The notes under the pieces: generated by a model | The model's input: the letters and a program-made list of their open reading frames with translations, nothing else | Databases searched by the model: none | Told to the model about the DNA's origin: nothing | Assembly: GCA_022510705.1 (NCBI GenBank) | Contig: JAFLSX010000001.1 | Coordinates: 13,736-77,735 of the forward strand | Source of the DNA: Lachnospiraceae bacterium | GTDB taxonomy: Bacteria > Bacillota > Clostridia > Lachnospirales > Lachnospiraceae | Length of the DNA: 64,000 nucleotides | Direction: 5' to 3' | Translations under genes and position numbers: made by a program | Part shown: one piece after another, positions 57,240 to 64,000 of the stretch | Numbering within the stretch: position 1 is the stretch's first letter | Layout of the letters: each line of letters begins with the position of its first letter

Positions 57240-59476
57240 ACCCTCACCTTGGTTCCCTTTCCGTCTCGTTTTCCCAACTTCAGTCCGTTCAAGGATAGAT
57301 TTTTATTCTTATACTCTATGGCAGTTTCTATTGCGTTTTGGGTGTAATATACAGCCTCTAAAGAGTCCTTCTCACCTAAGCGCATTCCCCTAACACCTAT
57401 AGCAGTCTTCTTCTTTTCTGGTATTTCTTCAATAGGAAACCGTAAAAAGAATCCCTCTTTAGACTGCAGGACAATGTTTCTTTGCTCTTTTAATATAACC
57501 ACACTGATCACTTCATCGTCGTCACTTAACTTTGTAGAAGCGACCGTGCGCTTATTCACGTCAAATTCGCCGCCGTCCACTACTTTCATCATGGACTGTC
57601 TGGTAACAAATACAATGCGGTAAAGATTCAATTCCGACTGACTGGCCACACATAGAATTTCCTCTTTTGCAGAACTAAAATTACTTACATTGTCTATAGG
57701 GGTACCCTTGTCCCTAAATTTGCCGAACGGCAAGTCGGAAACTTTGACGGTATGGAGTTGCCCCAAATTGGTAAACAGACATATTTTTCCTGTGTTTTTA
57801 CACTTTACGATAAATTTATTCTCTATATCGGCAGCTTCTTTATTTCTCTCATAAGTAACGGTGTCGACGGTCTTGGCATAGCCGAAACGGTCCATCAGGA
57901 ATATTACTTCCATCTCTTCCGGCTTTTTCTCTTCATAAACCGCTTCTTCAGCATTTTCAATCACTGTCCTTCTGGGACGTGCATATTCTTTCTTAATGGC
58001 TTCTAACTCATTCATGATGACCTGCGCCATGGAATCCTTTCTGGAAAGAATATCTTCATAGCGGTAAATGTTGGCCATGGTCTCCTCATGCTCATTGATC
58101 AGCGCTTCAATTTCCAGACCTATCAGCTTATACAGACGCATATCCAAAATGGCGTTAGCCTGTTTTTCCGTAAATTGCAGCTGCGTTGCCATGATCTTGG
58201 ATTCTTTGGACTTGAATTTGATGCCGTCTATCTTGCCTTCTACCAGACAGGCCTTTGCCATATTCCTATCCTTGGAACCTCTTAAGATTTCAATGATCAG
58301 ATCGATCACGTTACAGGCCTTGATAAGACCTTCCTGAATCTCACGCTTTTCTGTTTCCTTCTGTAATAACGTGGTATATTTGCGAGTGGCCACCTCAAAC
58401 TGAAAATCTACATTAGCTTTGATGATCTGCTTTAAGCCCATAGTTTCGGGACGACCGTCTGAAATTGCCAACATATTGACACCGAAGGTATCCTCAAGAC
58501 GCGTCTTTTTATAGAGCATATTGGTAAAATTCTCTATATCCGTATCCTTACGCAGTTCTATTACAATGCGGATTCCCTCTTTAGAAGACTGATTGGAAAT
58601 ATCGATAATATCAGCAGTTTTCTTGGTTTCGGAAAGGGCTGCTATATCGGATAAGAACTTGGCGATATTGGCACCTATCATAGGATAGGGAATCTCGGTA
58701 ATGACCAGGTTCAGCTTACCGCCCTTTGCTTTCTCTACTTCCACCTTACCGCGCAGTTTCACTTTGCCTACACCGGTTTCATAGATTTCTAACAGCTCAT
58801 CTTCATTGATAACAATGCCACCCGTAGGAAAATCCGGACCTTTTACATAGCGCATCAATTCCCTGGTGGAGATATTTTCATCCTTCATATAGGCTTTGAC
58901 AGCATCAATGACCTCCCCAAGATTATGGGGCGGTATATTGGTAGCCATACCTACCGCTATACCTTCAGAACCATTTATGAGAAGGTTAGGAAGCTTTACG
59001 GGCAGTACGGCAGGCTCCTTCTCCGTTTCATCAAAATTAGGGATGAAGTCCACAACATCTTTATCCAGGTCAGCCAAAAAAGCCTCTTGGGTAATCTTCT
59101 GCAGGCGAGCTTCCGTATAACGCATGGCCGCCGCTCCGTCCCCTTCGATATTGCCGAAGTTGCCATGCCCATCTACAAGAGGCAGTCCCCTCTTGAAATC
59201 CTGTGTCATGACCACCAGCGCCTCATAGATGGAACTGTCACCATGGGGATGGTATTTACCCATGGTATCTCCCACAATACGTGCACTCTTTCTATAGGGT
59301 TTATCATATCTTATGCCCAGTTCATACATATCATAGAGCGTACGTCTCTGCACCGGTTTTAAACCGTCCCTTACATCCGGCAGCGCCCTGGCTACGATAA
59401 AGCTCATAGCATAATCAATAAAAGATTTCTGCATTAAGTCGGAGTATTCCGTCCGTATGATTCTTGTGTCGTCCAT
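57236..59476 (-). CDS. parC: Type IIA topoisomerase subunit A, probably topoisomerase IV ParC
   Basis: RALPDVRDGLKPV, YHPHGDSSIYE, AAMRYTE; short CTD with no canonical GyrA-box at its start. Confidence 0.75.
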   Translation of the reverse strand: MDDTRIIRTEYSDLMQKSFIDYAMSFIVARALPDVRDGLKPVQRRTLYDMYELGIRYDKPYRKSARIVGDTMGKYHPHGDSSIYEALVVMTQDFKRGLPLVDGHGNFGNIEGDGAAAMRYTEARLQKITQEAFLADLDKDVVDFIPNFDETEKEPAVLPVKLPNLLINGSEGIAVGMATNIPPHNLGEVIDAVKAYMKDENISTRELMRYVKGPDFPTGGIVINEDELLEIYETGVGKVKLRGKVEVEKAKGGKLNLVITEIPYPMIGANIAKFLSDIAALSETKKTADIIDISNQSSKEGIRIVIELRKDTDIENFTNMLYKKTRLEDTFGVNMLAISDGRPETMGLKQIIKANVDFQFEVATRKYTTLLQKETEKREIQEGLIKACNVIDLIIEILRGSKDRNMAKACLVEGKIDGIKFKSKESKIMATQLQFTEKQANAILDMRLYKLIGLEIEALINEHEETMANIYRYEDILSRKDSMAQVIMNELEAIKKEYARPRRTVIENAEEAVYEEKKPEEMEVIFLMDRFGYAKTVDTVTYERNKEAADIENKFIVKCKNTGKICLFTNLGQLHTVKVSDLPFGKFRDKGTPIDNVSNFSSAKEEILCVASQSELNLYRIVFVTRQSMMKVVDGGEFDVNKRTVASTKLSDDDEVISVVILKEQRNIVLQSKEGFFLRFPIEEIPEKKKTAIGVRGMRLGEKDSLEAVYYTQNAIETAIEYKNKNLSLNGLKLGKRDGKGTKVRV

Positions 59477-59524
59477 CTTACTTTTTTACCTTCCAAATTT
59501 TGTTTCGGGATTCTTTTTGACCGA

Positions 59525-61450
59525 TTATATATCCAACTCTGCATCATGGGCATGCTCATAAATAAATGCTCTTCTGGGCGGGACATCCGTTCCCATCAGC
59601 AGTCCCGTTATTTCGGAGGCCATTCGGGCATCTTCGATTTCTATCCTTTTTAAAAACCTGGTCTCAGGATCCATTGTTGTTTCCCATAACTGGGATGCAT
59701 CCATTTCTCCCAAACCTTTATAACGCTGCAAAGTAAAAGGTGATTTGTGACTCTTACGGTATTTTTCCAATGCCTTATCGTCGTAGAGATACTCTTCGTT
59801 CCCTTTATTGGGCATGGCCTTATATAAGGGCGGCATGGCTTGATAAACATGTCCTTCATAGATAAGTTCCGGCATAAAACGGTAAAACAGAGTAAGTAAC
59901 AGGTTGCTAATATGAGCACCGTCCACGTCTGCATCTGCCATAATAATGATTTTATCATAGCGCAGCCTGCTGATATCAAAGTCATTTCCATAGCCTTCGG
60001 AAAAACCACAGCCAAAGGCATTTATCATGGTTTTGATTTCTGCATTGGCAAGCACTTTATCAATACTGGCCTTTTCTACATTTAAAATCTTGCCGCGGAT
60101 GGGCAGAATAGCCTGGTACATCCGGTTTCTGGCCATCTTGGCACTACCGCCCGCAGAATCACCCTCTACAATAAAAATCTCGCATTTAGATGCGTCCTTG
60201 GACTCACAGTTTGCCAGTTTTCCGTTGCTGTCAAAAGAAAATTTCTGCTTTGTGAGCAGATTGGTCTTGGCCTTCTCTTCGGTTTTACGAATTTTTGCAG
60301 CCTTCTCTGCACAGGAAATCACATTCTTTAAGGTTTCCAGATTTCTGTCAAAGAACCGTACCACCTCATCATTGGTAACTTTACTTACTACTTTAGCAGC
60401 ATCCTGATTATCCAGCTTGGTCTTGGTCTGGCCTTCAAAACGAGGATCCGGATGTTTTAAGGAAATAACCGCAGTCATGCCGTTTCGTACGTCCGCACCG
60501 GTAAAATTGATATCCTTTTCCTTTAATATACCCAGTTCTCTGGCGTAAGAATTAATAACATTGGTAAAAGCGCTCTTAAAGCCCGTTAAGTGGGTACCGC
60601 CTTCCGCATTATAAATATTATTGCAGAAGCCAAGCACTTCCTCGTGAAATTCGTTCACATACTGAAATGCCACTTCTACCGAAATGCCTTCGCTCTCACC
60701 GGAAAAATAGATCACATCTTCATGAACGCATTCCTTACTTTTGTTCATATCCTTAATAAAGCCGGTAATACCATCCGGCTCATGATAAGTAATATGTTCC
60801 GGTTCCTCCTTGCGCAAATCATGAAAAATAATGGTCAGATTTGGATTTAAATAAGCAGTTTCATGCAGACGGCTTTTTACCTCATCCTCTTTAAAGCGCG
60901 TTCTGTCAAAAATAGTATCATCCGGTAAAAAATTAACGGTAGTCCCTGTTTCTTTTGTCTTACCGATTACCGGAAGCAGACCGTCTATTAAGTCTATAAC
61001 GGGAATTCCTTTTTCATATTTATCTTCAACGACTTGTCCGCTGCTTTTGACCGTCACAGTCAATCGATTTGAAAGCGCATTCACAACGGAAGAACCTACA
61101 CCGTGCAAGCCTCCGCTGGTCTTATATGCACTATTATCAAATTTACCACCCGCATGAAGTGTAGTAAAAACAAGCCGCTCCGCACTGATGCCTTTTTCAT
61201 GCATACCCACCGGAATGCCTCGGCCATTATCTTCCACCGTTGCGGAACCGTCCGCCTCCAGCGTTACGTTGATGGTGTCACAGTAACCGGCCAGATGCTC
61301 GTCCACCGCATTGTCAACAATTTCATAAATCAAATGATTCAGACCCTTTGTAGAAACGCTGCCGATATACATACCGGGCCGTTTCCTGACAGCCTCCAGT
61401 CCCTCCAGTACGGTAATGCTGGAAGCGTCGTAGGTATTTGCTTTTGCCAT
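59525..61450 (-). CDS. parE: Type IIA topoisomerase subunit B, probably topoisomerase IV ParE
   Basis: LEGLEAVRKRPGMYIG, EIVDNAVDE, GGLHGVG, VEGDSAGG, DADVDG, RYKGLGEM; start MAKANT with RBS aaggag. Confidence 0.75.
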   Translation of the reverse strand: MAKANTYDASSITVLEGLEAVRKRPGMYIGSVSTKGLNHLIYEIVDNAVDEHLAGYCDTINVTLEADGSATVEDNGRGIPVGMHEKGISAERLVFTTLHAGGKFDNSAYKTSGGLHGVGSSVVNALSNRLTVTVKSSGQVVEDKYEKGIPVIDLIDGLLPVIGKTKETGTTVNFLPDDTIFDRTRFKEDEVKSRLHETAYLNPNLTIIFHDLRKEEPEHITYHEPDGITGFIKDMNKSKECVHEDVIYFSGESEGISVEVAFQYVNEFHEEVLGFCNNIYNAEGGTHLTGFKSAFTNVINSYARELGILKEKDINFTGADVRNGMTAVISLKHPDPRFEGQTKTKLDNQDAAKVVSKVTNDEVVRFFDRNLETLKNVISCAEKAAKIRKTEEKAKTNLLTKQKFSFDSNGKLANCESKDASKCEIFIVEGDSAGGSAKMARNRMYQAILPIRGKILNVEKASIDKVLANAEIKTMINAFGCGFSEGYGNDFDISRLRYDKIIIMADADVDGAHISNLLLTLFYRFMPELIYEGHVYQAMPPLYKAMPNKGNEEYLYDDKALEKYRKSHKSPFTLQRYKGLGEMDASQLWETTMDPETRFLKRIEIEDARMASEITGLLMGTDVPPRRAFIYEHAHDAELDI

Positions 61451-61470
61451 TTCTATTCTCCTTTTGTTGC

Positions 61471-61526
61471 AAAAAAAATCTTTGCACACATAACAGTATA
61501 CCATATATTTAGTATGTGTGCAAAGA
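61471..61526 (-). promoter_or_regulatory. parE promoter nested in a 14-bp inverted repeat that also resembles the degV terminator
   Basis: TCTTTGCACACATA (61479-61492) / TATGTGTGCAAAGA (61513-61526); minus strand TTGCAC-17-TATACT with extended TGn; T8 after the hairpin. Confidence 0.7.
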
Positions 61527-61554
61527 AAAATATACAATTTGTAGTTGTTTTATC

Positions 61555-62433
61555 TTAAGGAACCTGAATCTTTTTACAGCAGGCAATTGCCAGGGCGCCC
61601 GGACCAATATGACAAGACACGCTTAATGAAAGCGGGTCGATATGTATATCATAGCCGGGGAATATCTCTAAAAGCTCCTGTTTTAGTACTTTTGCCGCTT
61701 CCTCATTGTGGCTGTGAGCAATCTCCAGCCAAACACCCGGCTCATCGTTCATACCCCCAAAACGATTGATGATATCATTTTTGATAGCATTGATCATGAT
61801 CTGTTTGCCCTGACTGGTAGTTCTGGCTTTGGCAAAAGCATCCAATTTTTCTCCCTGTATCTGAAGAACAGGTTTGAGTTTTAAAATTGTTCCAAGTGCA
61901 GCCGCTGCCGGTGTAATGCGGCCGCCTTTCTTTAAGTAGTATAGCGTATCCAGCATAATATAAATGCTGCTGTTAAACTTATCTTCTTCCAAAAAATCTT
62001 TGATCTGCGCTCCGCTTAAACCCTTTTGGGCCAAAAGTTTGGCATCTAAAACGGACTGGCGCTGTGTTACGGAAATCCGCTGATTGTTGACAACATGTAC
62101 TTTGCCTTCAAATTCAGGTTCCTGCGCCAGCATCATGGCACTTTGACAGGAGCCGGAAAGTCCGCTGCTCATAGGAATATGAACAATCTCATCATACTCC
62201 TTAAGCAGCTTGTTCCATAACTCCATCACCGATTCCGGAGAAGGCTGACTGGTACCAATGTCATCTCCTCCTACCAACATCTGATAGAATTCTTCCTGCG
62301 TTAAATCAATATCTTCAAAATAAGTTTTCTCTTTAATCATAAAAGGCATGGGCAGAACGGAAACGCCGTACTCTGCACTCTGCGCCTGGGTAATTCCACT
62401 ATTGGAGTCTGTAACAATTGCAATTTTACTCAT
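61555..62433 (-). CDS. DegV family fatty acid-binding protein (FakB-like)
   Basis: IVTDS, TSQPS, SSGLSGS, L.KGGRI, LKLKPVL, HIGPGA. Confidence 0.93.
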   Translation of the reverse strand: MSKIAIVTDSNSGITQAQSAEYGVSVLPMPFMIKEKTYFEDIDLTQEEFYQMLVGGDDIGTSQPSPESVMELWNKLLKEYDEIVHIPMSSGLSGSCQSAMMLAQEPEFEGKVHVVNNQRISVTQRQSVLDAKLLAQKGLSGAQIKDFLEEDKFNSSIYIMLDTLYYLKKGGRITPAAAALGTILKLKPVLQIQGEKLDAFAKARTTSQGKQIMINAIKNDIINRFGGMNDEPGVWLEIAHSHNEEAAKVLKQELLEIFPGYDIHIDPLSLSVSCHIGPGALAIACCKKIQVP

Positions 62434-62487
62434 ATGATTCTTTACATTTCCTCCTTAATGTATATTTATACAAGATGTATTTTACAG

Positions 62488-63999
62488 TTAGATAGAAGTA
62501 AAGTCAACAGTATTAAGCAGTCCTTCTCTGATCAGTTCTTCATATCGCAAAAACAATCCGTTTTCTTTTAGTTTTGCTCCGTAGATATCTACACAATCCG
62601 CAGCTTGTTTTAACAATCCCGCATCATTGTAGATATCTCCCAGCTTAAACTGCAGATCACCGCTCTGTCTGATGCCAAAGAGATCTCCCGGACCTCTTAA
62701 TCGTAAATCCTCTCCTGCAATAAAAAAACCATCGTTAGAATGATTTAGGATCTCCAATCTTTCTCTTGTTTCCTTTTTATCGTTAGTATTTATAAAAATA
62801 CAATAGCTCTGATACTCTCCGCGTCCTACGCGTCCCCGCAGTTGATGCAGCTGTGCCAACCCGAAACGTTCCGCATTTTCCACAAGCATCACGGTAGCAT
62901 TGGGAACATTGATACCCACCTCGATTACGGTAGTGGATACCAGTACATCTGAATTTCCTGCAGCAAACTCCTCCATGATGCGGTTCTTGTCCGCCGGACG
63001 CATTTTCCCGTGAAGGCAGGTTACTCGTATAGCAGGAGGCAGTGCAGCTCTTAATTTCTCTGTATACTCCTCCACATTCTCTAAGCCATCCATCTCTCCT
63101 TCTTCTACCATGGGGCAGATACAGTAAACCTGTCTGCCTGCTGAAACCTCTTTAGAAATAAATTCATAGGCTTTGGGACGGTAAGATGGTCCTACTACAC
63201 AATTCTTTATTGCCTTTCTGCCTCCCGGCAGTTCATCTATCACGGAAATATGCAAATCTCCGTATAAAATAATTGCCAGTGTTCTGGGGATGGGCGTTGC
63301 ACTCATGACCAGTACATGGGGATGCAGCCCTTTTTCTTTTAAATTTTCACGCTGTCTTACACCGAAACGGTGCTGTTCATCCGTCACTACCAATGCCAGT
63401 TTACTAAATGCTACCTTCTCCTGAATTATAGCATGGGTTCCCAGTACCAGATTTGCACTACCTTCTGCAATAGCCGCATAGGCCTCTCGTTTCTCTTTTG
63501 CCGGTTGGGAACCTGTTAATAGCACAGGCTTAAAAGGCAGTCCGTACTTATCAGTAAGCTCTTTTATAGTATCAAAATGCTGTCTTGCCAAAACTTCGGT
63601 AGGTGCCATCATTGCACCCTGATATCCGTTGGATACACATAATAATAATGCCCATACAGCCACAATGGTCTTACCGGAGCCTACGTCACCCTGTATCAGT
63701 CGGCTCATGACGTTTTCTCCCGTCATATCCGATTTGATTTCATCGATTACCGAAAGCTGGGCTTTTGTCAACCGGTAAGGCAATTCCTCTAAAAATCGGC
63801 TTGTTTCTCCGGTTTCTATCATAGGATGTTCATTCTTTACCAGTTCCGTAGCAGTCTTTGCTTCCCGCAGCATCAGAATAAAAAAGAAAAATTCGTTGAA
63901 TACCAGACGTTTTCTGGCTTCTCTTAACTGTTCCTCGCTTTCGGGAAAATGAATGGCACACAGAGCTTCTTTATAAGACATCATCTTCTCTTTTTTTAG
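62488..63999 (-). CDS. recG: ATP-dependent DNA helicase RecG (5' truncated by window edge)
   Basis: QGDVGSGKT, DEQHRFGV, SATPIPRT, QLHQLRGRVGRG, DL.LRGPG. Confidence 0.97.
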   Translation of the reverse strand, partial: LKKEKMMSYKEALCAIHFPESEEQLREARKRLVFNEFFFFILMLREAKTATELVKNEHPMIETGETSRFLEELPYRLTKAQLSVIDEIKSDMTGENVMSRLIQGDVGSGKTIVAVWALLLCVSNGYQGAMMAPTEVLARQHFDTIKELTDKYGLPFKPVLLTGSQPAKEKREAYAAIAEGSANLVLGTHAIIQEKVAFSKLALVVTDEQHRFGVRQRENLKEKGLHPHVLVMSATPIPRTLAIILYGDLHISVIDELPGGRKAIKNCVVGPSYRPKAYEFISKEVSAGRQVYCICPMVEEGEMDGLENVEEYTEKLRAALPPAIRVTCLHGKMRPADKNRIMEEFAAGNSDVLVSTTVIEVGINVPNATVMLVENAERFGLAQLHQLRGRVGRGEYQSYCIFINTNDKKETRERLEILNHSNDGFFIAGEDLRLRGPGDLFGIRQSGDLQFKLGDIYNDAGLLKQAADCVDIYGAKLKENGLFLRYEELIREGLLNTVDFTSI

Positions 64000-64000
64000 A

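Noticed and set aside
57236-61450. DNA gyrase gyrBA and a nearby replication origin
   Set aside because: No dnaA/dnaN/recF, no canonical GyrA-box, and genes converge on rather than diverge from this region.
61451-61537. N-terminal extension of the topoisomerase B subunit
   Set aside because: It overlaps the promoter inverted repeat; the RBS supports 61450.
61532-61545. TACA-ATT-TGTA near parE as a second BlaI-type operator
   Set aside because: The 3-bp spacer and flanks do not match the 37336-37386 operator; likely chance.
1550-61769. Numerous 60-170 aa ORFs overlapping annotated genes on the opposite strand or in other frames
   Set aside because: They lie within well-supported CDSs, lack RBSs and motifs, and have atypical composition.
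1-64000. CRISPR arrays, tRNA/rRNA genes, IS elements, defence systems
   Set aside because: No regularly spaced repeats, structural RNA signatures, transposases or defence-type domains were seen; intergenic spaces are short. Very small RNAs could be missed by eye.

Overview
Core-chromosome segment of a low-GC Gram-positive anaerobe; gene content, sporulation-type promoters and synteny suggest Clostridia, probably Lachnospiraceae (inference). About 70 CDSs and no rRNA, tRNA, CRISPR, transposase or phage genes were recognised. The left 25 kb is almost all + strand: mreC-mreD-pbp2-minCDE-rodA-mgsA-dac, yggS-sepF-aroB-lspA-rluD, rplU-prp-rpmA-obgE-yhbY-nadD-yqeK-rsfS and a liv ABC operon. The right 30 kb is almost all - strand: recG-degV-parE-parC-rsmD-coaD, the his operon, and a radical SAM pair plus RNase G. 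The two gene streams converge at about 25-34 kb around lexA/yneA and a XerC-type recombinase, so the window probably spans the replication terminus; a candidate dif-like site is noted. The best candidates for undescribed systems are: (1) a membrane-anchored CBM2-like sensor fused to an HD-GYP phosphodiesterase, a possible polysaccharide-contact to c-di-GMP switch; (2) an orphan BlaR1/BlaI pair with a non-penicillin-binding sensor domain and a perfect 18-bp inverted operator pair over its promoter; (3) a catalytically degenerate HisF-like barrel fused to HisIE; (4) the TIGR03960/TIGR03936 radical SAM pair with RNase G behind a sigmaE-type promoter/terminator arrangement. All functional calls come from motif recognition by eye, not database searches.
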